Part shown: positions 43,684 to 57,709 of the stretch, piece by piece
How the letters are laid out: each line of letters starts with the position of its first letter
Numbering within the stretch: position 1 is the first letter of the stretch
NCBI GenBank assembly: GCA_964016885.1
Contig: OZ024741.1
Location: 380,928,001 to 380,992,000 of the forward strand
Direction: 5' to 3'
Origin: Eledone cirrhosa
Lineage: Eukaryota
Length of the DNA stretch: 64,000 nt
Position numbers and translations under genes: made by a program
Notes under the pieces: model-generated
Databases searched by the model: none
What the model saw: only the letters and a program-made list of their open reading frames with translations
Told to the model about the DNA's origin: nothing

Positions 43684-44423
43684 TGGGGATTCCTTTCTTT
43701 GTTTCTGTGCCTCTCCTTTGTTCTGTCCTACGCCATTTTGTTTCCGTGTGTGTTGTGTGCTCAGTCTGCGCATGCGCCACATCCGGGTGTCTGTGTGTGT
43801 TTAAGTTCATTTATTTATTTGTTTATTTATTTACATGTTACTGGTTGGTTATTTGTTCTATGTGTGGGGTGTTTTCATTTTGTCCTTAATTGTAAGTTGT
43901 GATGTTGCTGTTCCACTCATATTTTCTATTTAATTTTGGTTGTAATTCTTTTATGTTTATTGCCTCTGTGATTTGTCTAAACATTGCGTCTTTTCTGTGT
44001 GTAGATTCTATTTTTATTTCTATGTTCTCTAATTTACCCTTGTGTTCTATTTTAGCATGTTGGTAGAGTACAGGTCTCGCCAGTGTTCATTTATCCGTTC
44101 CCCTACACTACGAGCTGTCTCACCTATGTACACTATATTTTTGTCTCTACATTGTCCTTCAGTACATCTTATGCTATACACTACATTTCTAGTTTTACAG
44201 TTAATATGGGGGCTTATTTTACAGGTTATACATTTCTTATCTATACATGAGGGTCTTTGAAAAGGGTATGTCTTGCTAATAAGTGTTTTTACGGAGGTAC
44301 CTGGTCTTTCTACTATCTTAATGTTGAGTTTATGTTTATCTAGGGCCCTTCTAAATTTGTAAGCTAATTCACCTCTAGGGGTGGTATCGATGAACATTAC
44401 ACTCTGGTATTATTGCTATCATA

Positions 44424-46936
44424 ACACACAAAATAGGGTAGATAACAACAATGAGCCAGTGGAAAGAGACAGGAGTAATTATGAGAGACATAGAAACAAC
44501 CATGAGGCTGTTGGTGGAAATAGAAATAGAAACAACACAACTAACAATAACAATAGCACTAGTACACATAAAGCAGCAGCCTGGAACTCTACTTTTTATA
44601 ATCCCTCCGATAAATCGTTCGACCTGAGACGAGTCCACGCTACGCCTTTACCATTTAACAAACGCACGCAATTGCCGTCGCAGGTCGATGAACAAACAGA
44701 AGCACAATTTAGTATAGCTAGATCCGAACTTAGAAATATTATAGAACAGTAAGCCAAGAAGCATAATAGAATGGAGGCCCAGCAACTGGGAGAAAAATCT
44801 GCAAATGGCTTGCGTAAGCTCATGCAGCGCTCGCGTAATGGAGAGATAGCATGCTTTCCAACAGCCAGCCAAACTACATCCAGGAAATGCAACCCCACAT
44901 CACTAACACAAGAGAGGTAACACCACAGGAGCATGAGGATAGAGAAAAAGCCCTCAATGCCCATATGGTGATGTGGACGAATATAATGCAGCCCAACAAA
45001 AGGACTGCCAACAAATTCCAGGCCTGGAACAATGACGTCCCGGCGTTGTATGGGATTCGAAAAGACCATAAACCGGGCAGTGACCCTGTCGCGGGACCAC
45101 CAACACGGCCAGTCTGTGGAGCTAACATTGCTAGTAACTAAAGACTGTCCTACCTCCTCTCCCTGATCATACGCCCCATCATTGAAATGTCCCCAGATGT
45201 ATGTGACAGCACGGAGGACCTCCTCAGCAGAATCAGCGAGGGTAACCGATCTAGGGACCTAACAAACTGCATAATAGGTAGTATGGATGTTGTGTCCCTG
45301 TATCCATCTATTGACGTGGATTTTGCTGTGGAGAAATGCGTAGAAATGATCAGTGAGAGCAATGTTGAGTTCCGTTGGATTGATACCAGTGAGCTGGGAC
45401 TCTTACTTAAACTTACCTATAGTAATAATTACCTAGACACATATGACCTTAGCACCCTGTGCCGTACAAGACCAGCAAGAGGCAGACCACCTACCATTAC
45501 CTCAATGGCCAAGAAAACCCACACAGATAGATGGAACGGGTGGACCAGAGCCATACGGACACCCGAAAACCACGATGAACTGAAGAAAATAATTGCACAT
45601 GCGGTAGGGGCCAGCATAAAACTAACCCTTAAGGAACATATGTTCAAATTTAATGGAAAAACATATGCCCAAGAGGAAGGAGCAGCCATTGGTGTTAGCA
45701 TTGCCGGCGACATAGCTAACTTATTCATGGTATGGTGGGACAGTAGACTTAACTTAAACTTAAAGAACAATTAGAAGACCCCTTAACCCTGATAAAGTAC
45801 TCCCGCTACGTTGATGATATAAACATCGTAGTAAAAACACCCCCACTAGAGAACAGTCAGGAACTAGAGAAAAACACAATGGAAAGCATCCAGCAAATAG
45901 CTAACTCCATCCACCAGAGCATTATAGTTACTATAGACTACCCAAGTAAACACCCCAACCATCGATTACCTGCACTAGACATAGAGCTCTGGTTAGATAC
46001 CATTAATAACAAAAAACAAATCTCCATTCCCATTATGCCAAACCCATGACTTCCAAACATCTGATCCACCGAAACTCGGCCGTTTCGGACCATACCAAAA
46101 TCAACATGCTGATTGCGGATTTGGTACGGGTGATGAGAAACGTGTCCCGCATGTGCAACCCCGAAGAACTAGAGAGACACATACAACACTTCATCCACCG
46201 TATGCAGTTCTCTGGCTACAATCAGAGAGATAAAATCAGAGTGTATAGAGGAACCAGAACCAAATGGGAAAAAATGGTAAATAATGACATAAATGGGACC
46301 TGCCCCTTGTATAGGAGCAAATTTTGGAATAGAATAGAAAGAACTAGGAACAAGGCTAATAGAATAAACTCATGGTATGATAGCAATAAATACCAGAGTG
46401 TAATGTTCATCGATACAACCCCTAGAGGTGAATTAGCTTACAAATTTAGAAGGGCCCTAGATAAACATAAACTCAACATTAAGATAGTAGAAAGACCAGG
46501 TACCTCCGTAAAAACACTTATTAGCAAGACATACCCTTTTCAAAGACCCTCATGTATCGATAAGAAATGTATAACCTGTAAAATAAGCCCCCATATTAAC
46601 TGTAAAACTAGAAATGTAGTGTATAGCATAAGATGTACTGAAGGACAATGTAGAGACAAAAATATAGTGTACATAGGTGAGACAGCTCGTAGTGTAGGGG
46701 AACGGATAAATGAACACTGGCGAGACCTTCAAGATAGTAAAGAATCATCTGTACTCTACCAACATGCTAAAATAGAACACAAGGGTAAATTAGAGAACAT
46801 AGAAATAAAAATAGAATCTACACACAGAAAAGACGCAATGTTTAGACAAATCACAGAGGCAATAAACATAAAAGAATTACAACCAAAATTAAATAGAAAA
46901 TATGAGTGGAACAGCAACATCACAACTTACAATTAA
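44424..46936 (+). pseudogene. PLE reverse transcriptase / GIY-YIG endonuclease ORF, disrupted
   Basis: LYGIRKDHK, PTRPVCGA, GSMDVVSLYPSI, QEEGAAIG, RYVDDI, RMQFSGY, VVYSIRC...YIGETARS..ERINEH; stops at ~44750 and ~45140 plus frameshifts. Confidence 0.92.
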
Positions 46937-47151
46937 GGACAAAATGAAAACACACACACACATAGAACAAACAACCAACCAGTAGCATGTAAATAAATAT
47001 AGAAATAAATAAATGAACATAAACACACACAGACACCCGGATGTGGCGCATGCGCAGACTGAGCACACAACACACACACAGAAACAAAATGGCGTAGGAC
47101 AAAAGGAGAGGCACAGAAGGAGAGGCACAGAAACAAAGAAAGGAATCCCCA

Positions 47152-47194
47152 GTCACTGAAGAGGTCACAGAGTGTGTGACGAAAGAACTATGAC
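47152..47194 (+). ncRNA. minimal hammerhead ribozyme
   Basis: gtca CTGAAGA g[gtcac...gtgac] GAAA GAAC TA tgac. Confidence 0.65.
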
Positions 47195-47425
47195 AATATA
47201 TAAACAAATATCTGGTTGTGGAACCAACCAACCAACCAGAAATTTATAAATTTATAAATTTATTATAAATTTATTATAATAAATTGAAGTGAAAGCACTG
47301 GTGCGTGTGTTTCTTATTGGCAACATGACCCTCCCAAAGTATAACAATATCGGCTTCAACACACGATTTCAGATAAAGAATCTTGCTAAACAAATTCAGA
47401 AACTAAATATGTATATATTTTTTTA

Positions 47426-47469
<44 letters not shown>

Positions 47470-47478
47470 GTATGTATA

Positions 47479-47522
<44 letters not shown>

Positions 47523-47639
47523 GTATGTATATATATGTTATATATATATATATGTATGTGTATGTATATATATATTATATATATATATATATATATGTAT
47601 GTGTATGTATATATATATATTATATATATATATATATAA

Positions 47640-48523
47640 GAGCATTTGATGTTATTCCAAATTGAAGGATAAGTGTTTCAAACTTTATTTTATCATGAGT
47701 TAAAGGTCTATAGATTTTCCCTGGATTTTACTAAATTCTGTGGATGAATTTATATCCTGATTCTCTTTTGAGATGAGTTTGAGTTATTTTTCCTAAATCT
47801 TTCGTTAACTACTTTTCCCATCTTGACGTTATAGTCGCATATATGTTATAGAATGCCGTTAGCTTCTTGCTAAAACAATCTCTATACCTCTCATTTATAT
47901 TTATACTCGGATTCTTTTCCTAGAGTGCTTAAACTATCTGTGACTAATCCCGGTTTTTTTCATAAAAACTGTGATAATATTGCTATTTTGCTGAACTCCT
48001 TTGTAGAGTTTATTTCAGAATGTATTTGACTGCTATTTCTTGTAAATAAACATTCACTTCCATCCTGACGTCACTAGCCCCGTTTTTTCCTCATGTGCTT
48101 TTTCATAAATACACATGAAGGCGAACTAGCCAGTTTTAGAATTCCCTTTTTCGGATTATATTACTGTGAGAGCCCTGGTTTTCTGTTGAGCTCTGCTGAT
48201 GATTGAAATTCCAACCGTGACCATCTCCACTGAAAGTTTTCATGAAATAGTCTTTTAAGACTATACAGCGCATTTGATGTTATTCCAAATTGAAGGATAA
48301 GTGTTTCAAACTTTATTTTATCATGAGTTAAAGGTCTATAGATTTTCCCTGGATTTTACTAAATTCTGTGGATGAATTTATATCCTGATTCTCTTTTGAG
48401 ATGAGTTTGAGTTATTTTTCCTAAATCTTTCGTTAACTACTTTTCCCATCTTGACGTTATAGTCGCATATATGTTATAGAATGCCGTTAGCTTCTTGCTA
48501 AAACAATCTCTATACCTCTCATT

Positions 48524-48525
<2 letters not shown>
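47640..48525. repeat. TA-flanked unit with ~255-bp direct repeats
   Basis: 47642-47898 is essentially identical to 48270-48525. Confidence 0.8.
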
Positions 48526-48556
<31 letters not shown>

Positions 48557-48563
48557 ATGTATA

Positions 48564-48701
<138 letters not shown>

Positions 48702-48971
48702 AATAGAAGAAACTAAATTTCATTTCTCACTGTTAGTACGGCAGTTACTTAAATGTAAGTAAGTATGTATGTATACGTACATACATATATGTATACAGAC
48801 GTACAGTAGTATGTATATATATACATACATGCACACATATATATATGCACGTATCGGTTTACGGAACATTTATTATAATGCTCGGTTTGTCTGTAAACAA
48901 ATAAACAGCCAGAATTATGCCGTACAGTGTTTAGGAAACCACGTAACCTTTTTGTTAACACTGACACAGGA

Positions 48972-49014
48972 ACGATGTACTAGTTTCAAGCTTACTAGCT
49001 ATCATCAGCATCGT
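48972..49014 (-). ncRNA. minimal hammerhead ribozyme
   Basis: acgatg CTGATGA tagct agta agctt GAAA CTAG TA catcgt. Confidence 0.85.
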
Positions 49015-49405
49015 ATACCTTCCTGCCAGATAGTTGAACGTCTGATATGCATATTATGCATATTAACGGCCGAGCAACCTAATTTGTATATCAAGTGAGT
49101 TTAGTCGGCCGGGCGCACCGAAAACGATGAATGGAATAGAAGAAACGAAATTTCATTTCTCACTCTTAGTACAGCAGTTACTTAAATGTAAGTATGTATG
49201 TATGTATACGTACATACATATATGTATACAGACGTACAGTAGTATGTACATATATAGATACATGAACACATATATATATGTACGTATCGGTTTACCGAAC
49301 ATTTATTATAATGCTCGGTTTGTCTGTAAACAAACAAACAGCCCGAATTATGCCGTACAGTGTTTCGGCAACGACTTCACCTTTTTGTTCAACACTGACA
49401 CAGGA

Positions 49406-49448
49406 ACGATGTACTAGTTTCAAGCTTTTTAGCTATCGTCAGCATCGT
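49406..49448 (-). ncRNA. minimal hammerhead ribozyme
   Basis: acgatg CTGACGA tagct aaaa agctt GAAA CTAG TA catcgt. Confidence 0.85.
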
Positions 49449-49645
49449 ATACCTTCCTACCAGCATACTTATATATATATATATATATATATTTATAGAT
49501 TTTGAGTTTATGTTGGTTGTATACCAACACCTCAGTATGCAGGCTGGAGCACTCGACGAAGTGCGCAGGTTGGTTTGGTTACTCCGGAGTAGTGTAAAAT
49601 AAAGTTAAATAAAAGTCAAATGATTAAAATTTAGCTTCGTTTATT

Positions 49646-49700
49646 ACTGCTATATATATTTCAGTGACAGCCATCTTTGGCTGTGACTTCTTCAGGCAGT
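49646..49700 (-). ncRNA. hammerhead ribozyme
   Basis: reverse complement of 52945-52999. Confidence 0.85.
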
Positions 49701-50021
49701 TTGAATTAGTATGGTATAGACAAGTACATATGTTGTTTAGGTGTATAATATTGTCAATACTCTGATATGCCCAGTTCCTTGTTGGGTTGTTATTTCACTG
49801 AGGAACTGGCGTCATATGAATTCAAACAAATGCTCTCAGAACTGACCAATGGGAAGTTTGACACTTTTTTTGTTATTTTGTTCTTTTAACACCTTGTACC
49901 TTCTACCATTTTATCAATTTTTAAGCTAACCCCAACAATAACAACACTTAGAATGAGGAATGTTCTAATAACTGACCAATGAGAGGAGAAGAGGACCTTT
50001 GACACTGAAATTCGTTTGTTT

Positions 50022-52817
50022 TGTAGTGACCTACATTCCGCGGGCTCACATACATTCTCTGTGCGTGGTTTGGCTCAGCTCAGCCAATCAGCGCCAGTAG
50101 AAGAGGATGTATCCCTACGCGTTCTGAGGGAGAAATAGCCCGCAAAGATTTGAGGACGCTATGACTCGCAGCTGGACCATGCTAAGGTAAAACACGCTTG
50201 TTCTTTTGCTCCGTAAGCACAAACAATATGTAACGACAAAACATTACCTACGAGCCTGGCCAAACGCCTTCAGCCAGTCGCCCGTATTTTCTCTTGTAAT
50301 CTTAATTGATTTGTTTCATTTCTCTTGGCATGCCAGCCTAATTCACTTCTTAACCTTGGTTAATAAAGAATGTAAAAACAAGCTAAAGTCGTTGTCGATA
50401 TTCCTATCATATCTTTCTACCAAACCTGGTTCCTCGTGGCGACATTACGTCACTCTAAATATACTATTCTCTACCACATTGGTGACTTATATTCAACAAA
50501 GAGAAACATTCCTTTCCTTTATTGGCGTCCCTCGACGATTAAGTATGAAAACGCAGCCTATTTGAATTCGCCATTCGTTTTAATGGCTATGTGGAGTGGC
50601 TTAATATTTGGAATGTTCGAATCGGGTAGCTAGACTCACTTAGCGGAAGTCCATAAAATTCATAATATTCCATTTGTTGAAGCACGCGGCCTGCACAATA
50701 TTTCTGTCATAACTTTCATAGTAACACTAGTAACTCACGCATACAGACGAACACAAAAATACAACACAAAAAAAAAAAAGAATTTCTCTGGATATAGAAT
50801 TTTGCTTTCGGCGTTCTGTTGAAATTACAAATGGAGACTCAGAAATTTTGTTTTCCCGCGTACAGCTTGTCTTCTCCAATCCCAGCCGTCTGATTGGCTG
50901 CATCACAGGCACATTTTTCAATCAGCCATCTTGGATTTTCTTACGAAATGGTTTCATGGAAAATGATTTTTTTTGTTGTTCAAATTTTCTTTATAATATT
51001 ATTTAAAGAAAAAAATTAACAGTATTTCAAAAACTTTTCGCCACGAGGATATTTCAAAACGGCTACCACCAAGTACCAGCCATCAGCAGCAACACATGGC
51101 TAACTATTAACCAATACCAGGCAACGGCTTGTAACTTTACCGACGCAACCACCATACCTTCTGTCTCGTTACCACAAGGACTCGAGAAATTAAGACATTA
51201 GTTTTCTCACCATTATGGCGTCAGACGTGGCGGCCATATTGGTGACTCTGCGTTCTTCAACGCTCGACTTCTACTATACAGAAGATTCATTGTGACTTTG
51301 CTTTAATAACAACAGCAACTCTACTAGCTCCCTAGTAAGAGCGTTCCCAAAGAAAAAAGAAGCGAACTTTTTGCTAAAAGAAAAGAAACAATTCTTTCTT
51401 TCTTCCTTTTTTTTTCAGGCATTTATTTTCGACATTTATTTTTTTAAAACTGTATTATATGAAAATTCATTTCTCTCTATCATTGTATATGTGACCGCAC
51501 GCACACACTTTCTTTGCTGTATTACATGCCTGCATATATACACACACCAACATGTTGTTGTCTATGGTATGTGATCTTCAAGCGTCGTAATATCCTGCGA
51601 GATCCCTTTTCACCTTCTGGAGGTACCAAAACATGTTATCGACACTTGCAGCTTAATTCATCTGCACCGCAACACGAGTATGCTAATTGCAGCTGAACTC
51701 AAACAGTTTCGCATCTCGTTACACACTCATCGTCCACAACAACCTATCTTGTTATCTTACCCAGCTCACCGGGAAAACAACAAATAGAACTGGACTTGTC
51801 AGCATTTCCACCAATTTCTGTGGATTCGCCCGATTTATCGGACTGCAACCAATCTACAGATTCAACTTGCTTTTTTTTCTTTTCAAAGCAACCAGCCATT
51901 TTTTCCTTGCTCCCTAGCACATTCGGCAATACATCTGGGAGGCCAACATTTTCTCGCCTACCCATCATCTTCTTGCCAGCACTGGTAAACTACCATAATA
52001 GCTTCGTCCACAGCTACTGGTACAACACTTACCATTAACATTTAATGCAAGAATAGCGACTTCGCCCATGTCAGACTTTATCTGTTTTCTGGTAGACCTT
52101 TGGTGGTCATGTATGAACTACAAAACAGCTAGTCATTTGACAGCGGCTCAACACGGCCCGTCGCGCCTCATTTTTTTTCTTGCATGCATCTTTCTGCTCA
52201 ATTATTTTTTCACTGATGTGCTCTTTCAGCATTTGTTCTTGCTGATTCAATAATCTGTGGGTCCTCGTCTTCACCGTTAACGATTTTCGGCTAAAAATCT
52301 GCTCGGAGGGGATGTATTGACCTACATTCCGCGGGCTCACATACATTCTCTGTGCGTGATTTGGCTCAGCTCAGCCAATCAGCGCCAGTAGAAGAGGATG
52401 TATCCCTACGCGTTCTGAGGGAGAAATAGCCCGCAAAGATTTGAGGACGCTATGACTCGCAGCTGGACCATGCTAAGGTAAACACCACTTGTTCTTTTGC
52501 TCCGTAAGCACAAACAATATGTAACAATAAAACATTACCTACGAGCCTGGCCAAACGCCCTCAGCCAGTCGCCCGTATTTTCTCTTGTAATCTTAATTGA
52601 TTTGTTTCATTTCTCTTGGCATGCCAGCCTAATTCACTTCTTAACCTTGGTTAATAAAGAATGTAAAAACAAGCTAAAGTCGTTGTCGATATTCCTATCA
52701 TATCTTTCTACCAAACCTGGTTCCTCGTGGCGACATTACAACTCTCGAAATATACTTCTCTGCTAAATTGGTACTTATATACCTCAAACAAATTGGTGAC
52801 AAAAACCCTTAGCCAAA
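50022..52817 (+). mobile_element. non-autonomous LTR retroelement nested in the PLE pLTR
   Basis: ~425-bp near-identical direct repeats (50022-50448, 52313-52740) starting TGTA; PPT GGAGGGGA at 52305-52312; PBS-like TTGGTGAC at 50479; candidate GTTT target duplication at 50018-21 and 52818-21; no long ORF. Confidence 0.75.
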
Positions 52818-52944
52818 GTTTGAATTCATATGACTCCAGTTCCTCAGTGAAATAACAACCCAACAAGGAACTGGGCATATCAGAGTATTGACAATATTAT
52901 ACACCTAAACAACATATGTACTTGTCTATACCATACTAATTCAA

Positions 52945-52999
52945 ACTGCCTGAAGAGGTCACAGCCAAAGATGGCTGTCACTGAAATATATATAGCAGT
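52945..52999 (+). ncRNA. hammerhead ribozyme (upstream pLTR)
   Basis: actgc CTGAAGA ggtcacagcc aaagat ggctgtcact GAAAT ATAT ATA gcagt. Confidence 0.88.
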
Positions 53000-53166
53000 A
53001 ATAAACGAAGCTAAATTTTAATCATTTGACTTTTATTTAACTTTATTTTACACTACTCCGGAGTAACCAAACCAATCTGCGCACTTCATTGAATGCTCCA
53101 GCCTGCATACTGAGGTGTTGGTATACAACCAACATAAACTCAAAATCTATCTAGCTCCCACACGGG

Positions 53167-55879
53167 TTGAGCGCTTCAAACAGTAGCGGACCTAATTTCA
53201 CTATGGATAAACTGGCAACCTTAGCGTCACTGAAGGACATCCCCCTACCTGATAAACGAGATAACACCAGTGATCTCATCAAGAGTACGGACTCCCTCGT
53301 ACGTAGGATTAGATGGAAGGCGTTCCACTTCGAAAGAAGAACACAGAAAATTACCAACACACAAAACATGGAGTACCTTTTTCGATCAAGGAGGAATCCC
53401 CCCACAACAGACTAATGGAGGAGTTTGAAAACGAGATGATTAACATCATATCCAACCTCAAATTCTCCGGAAACCCAACCAGAAGTCACGAGTACCTCAG
53501 ACACCCGAGAAACCGGATTACAGTATTTAAAGGGACAACTGGAATACTTGTCCATGCTGACAAAACAAACAACCTCTACAACATGAACACTGAACTGTAC
53601 AATAAGATTATCCTCAGGGAACTGAGGAAGTGCTACAAAAAAGCACCTGGATTTACCCTGGATGAGATCAATGCCACAGCTTACAGGATTATATCCAGAA
53701 TCGGCATAGAGGACAGGACGGCCCCATACCAACCAAGGGAGCCGCGGATTACCCTTAAAGACCACAAGCCAAACTTTGAGTCCGACCTCCCTGTCAGACT
53801 AATAGCCCCCTCCAGATTTGACCTAGGGATCCTCAGTAAAAGAATACTGGATAGGATTTTGCCCAAGCTTCGGAAGAAAACTAAATTACAGCAATGGTCA
53901 TGCACGGGAGAAGTAATAGAATGGTTCAAAATACTGCATGAGAAAAGTAGGACCAGCTTTATACAACTGGACATCGCAAGCTACTACTCCTCAATCTCAC
54001 CCATAGTACTTAATAAGGCCCTATTTTTAGCGATGTCCAATACGGACCTAACCGGAGCCGAAGTGAGCATCATCCACGCCGCAAGAAAGACCTTAATCCG
54101 CTTCGATGGAGACCTTTGGACCAGGAGTGATTGGCCAAATAACTTTGACATCACGATGGGCTCCAGCGACTCAGCGCAGGTAACGGACCTGGTTGGGCTC
54201 TACCTGCTGAAGCAGATAAAAGATGAAATCCCCTGCCTGGGCGGCGGATTATATCGTGACGATGCTCTATTCACAGTACACGACCACAGCACCAATATGT
54301 TGGAGGGTATGAGGAGGCGTATTCGCCATTTCTTTAAGAACCAGGGGCTCAGCATAGAAATAGACCCAAATAGGAAGGTAATTAACTTCCTAGACACCAC
54401 CCTAAACCTGAACACCGAGCAATACTACCCCTACCACAAGCCCAACGAGAAACTAGTATATGTTAACGCCAAATCAAACGACCCTAGATCCATAACCAAG
54501 GCAGTGGTGAAGAGTGTCTCGGACAGGATCTCCAGCCTGTCCGCAAGTAAGGAAATATTCAATAACCACGCGGAATATTACAACGCAGCTCTAAAGAAGG
54601 CGGCACATGGCCAAAATATAACATATAGTCCGAAAAGCCGGGAGGTGGATAGCCCAACAGACACCCACAACCGCGTTGCGCGGGGTGGGGGAGGGCGAAC
54701 CATAACAATACAGGCAGAGCAGAATCAAATAGGCACCATGTACCAGACACCACCACACGGGCGGTGGGGACTAGTGCGCTTGACCACGAGATGGAGCACA
54801 ATATGAGTAGCAGTCTCAGGCGTGATGCTAACTACCCCAGGACTGACAACCCCAACCGCAGGACACGTGGGGGGGGGGAACGGGCGACCACCCCACGATG
54901 GATCTCCCGGGGCGGACAACAACCACCCCACAAATCCGGGCCGCGAAGATAACAAAAAGTATAGAGCCCAAAAGGGAAGCAACAGTGCGGAAACCACCAG
55001 CAAACCAACAAATCTCCAACAAATCACGAAGCCCCCGACCCACACATATAGGAGGAGACACCGAAAAATCACGTGGTACAACCCACCCTACTCAGCGGCC
55101 CTAAAGAAAAGCATGGTCCGATTATTCTTTGGAGCACTTGACAAATGCTTCCTGAGGGACCACAGATACCACAGGATCTTCAACAGACACACTGTGAAGC
55201 TTTCGTATTCCACCACGAGAAATTTGGCCCAACACATAGCTAGCATCAACAGAAGTAGGCTTAAAAACCACACACAACCAGAAGATGGCAATACAAACAC
55301 TCAGCAGAACCATGTGAAAGGAGGGAAGGAGGACCCAGAGCCCACCAAAGAAACCCAAACAGACCCGAGGACCCCCCACCGAGCCTGGGGGAAGACCAAC
55401 ATGTAACACATAACGGGAACCCTAATCTAGGCACGCAGAGGCCGACCACCCTCTGCAACTGCAGAAACCCCGAATCATGCCCCCTTGGTAATGAATGCCT
55501 CAAGAAGAACCTAGTGTACGGTTGTAGGGTTAAAACCCCCAACTCCGAACACCTCTACATAAGAGTCACATCAACGAGCTTTAAAGACCGCTGGTACAAC
55601 CATCGCCATTCATTCAAGAAGGAGGCCAAAAGGAAAAGCACAGCTCTCTCCGACCTTATCTGGAAGCTTAAGCTGGACAGGACCCCATACTCTCTGGCCT
55701 GGTACATAATCAGGAAAGTACCACCCGATAAAGGGGGATCTTGCATATGCAAACAATGCCTGAACGAGACCCTCGAAATACTAAGAGGTGGAAGCGGCCT
55801 GATAAACCTCAGAACCGACTTCTTCGGGACATGCAGACACCTTAGAGCCGGGACCTTCCTCAAGATATATGGACAGTAG
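53167..55879 (+). pseudogene. PLE RT plus GIY-YIG ORF, frameshifted
   Basis: LVRRIRWKA, VHADKT, ITLKDHK, PVRLIAP, QLDIASYYSSI, FDITMGS.DSAQV.DLVG, GLYRDD, NFLDTT, ITWYNPPYS, CNCRNPESCPLGNECL, VY...YIR, CKQCL..CRH; split over 53167-53415, ~53416-54806, 54822-55406 and ~55400-55879. Confidence 0.93.
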
Positions 55880-57079
55880 CAACACAAGAAGATGTGAACT
55901 CCCCTCAAGCTATAGGGACTTCTACAGAACATGAAAACACCTCTCGGTCAGACCTCCCTCAAGCTATATGGGCAGTAACAACACCCTAGGTTGTGAACTC
56001 CCCTCAAGCCATAGGGACCAACCCAGGCTGAGCAGACACCATGATAGCCTAGAGATAGAATCGGACACAGCCATTATAATTTGGCCAACATCTATATAAC
56101 ACAAACACTTTTAATTTACTAGATTTCTGATTTTCAAGTTCCAATCTTAAATCTTGATTTCTCTTTATTAATTTGTTATTTGTTTTCTGCCCTCTTCACT
56201 GTATCACCTTATATTTATTATTAAGTTGAGATTGATTATAACACAAACACATTTAGTTTGATTATTTCATCTTAACATCTTGTCTCATACCAATCTATCC
56301 AACATATTCTGACCTTGAGATTGGTTATAGCACACACACACTTTATCCTACATTATTTCTCACTTCTCCATCTTTATTTTCATTACTTTTTCACCAATTT
56401 TTCATTTATTCTTTATCATTTATTCTCTATTTATTTATTTATTTTCAAATTATACAAATTATATTAATTATTTTATTATATTATTTATTTATTTTCTGTT
56501 TTCTTCATTTATTGCCTTATATTTCTTCATATACATGGAAGAAACACCCCCCACCACCACCACTATGATGGTGGCAGGAGGGATGAAGAAAAAAACACAC
56601 ACTGGATACTTCTAAATTGTTAGCAGCAGCAAGATATAAGCTGACCACAACACCAACAACACTACCAAAATAATGGTAGAGGTCAAATGTACTGAACAAT
56701 AGCAGGCAAAAACACTACAGGGAGCCTCACCCCAGAAAGAATTCTATAGAATTCTGATTGAGGAATGCTCTCAGAACTGACCATTGGGAAGTTTGACACT
56801 TTTTTTGTTATTTTGTTCCTTTAACACCTTGTCCCTTCTACCATTTTATCAATTTTTAAGCTAACCCCAACAATAACAACACTTAGAATGAGGAATGTTC
56901 TAATAACTGACCAATGAGAGGAGAAGAGGACCTTTGACACTGAAATTCGTTTGTTTGAATTCATATGACTCCAGTTCCTCAGTGAAATAACAACCCAACA
57001 AGGAACTGGGCATATCAGAGTATTGACAATATTATACACTTAAATAACATATGTACTTGTCTATACCATACTAATTCAA

Positions 57080-57134
57080 ACTGCCTGAAGAGGTCACAGC
57101 CAAAGATGGCTGTCACTGAAATATATATAGCAGT
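57080..57134 (+). ncRNA. hammerhead ribozyme (3' pLTR)
   Basis: identical to 52945-52999. Confidence 0.88.
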
Positions 57135-57178
57135 AATAAACGAAGCTAAATTTTAATCATTTGACTTTTATTTAACTT

Positions 57179-57709
<531 letters not shown>

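Larger units (their letters stand above)
43475..47350 (+). mobile_element. near full-length PLE (second clade) with inverted 3' copy upstream
   Basis: 43475-44423 is an inverted copy of 46376-47350; RT and GIY-YIG in 44424-46936. Confidence 0.92.
49495..57185 (+). mobile_element. near full-length PLE: inverted pLTR, tandem pLTR, ORF, 3' pLTR
   Basis: 49495-49829 is an inverted copy of 52818-53150; 49828-50021 plus 52818-53050 equals 56764-57185; (TA)n on both sides. Confidence 0.92.
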
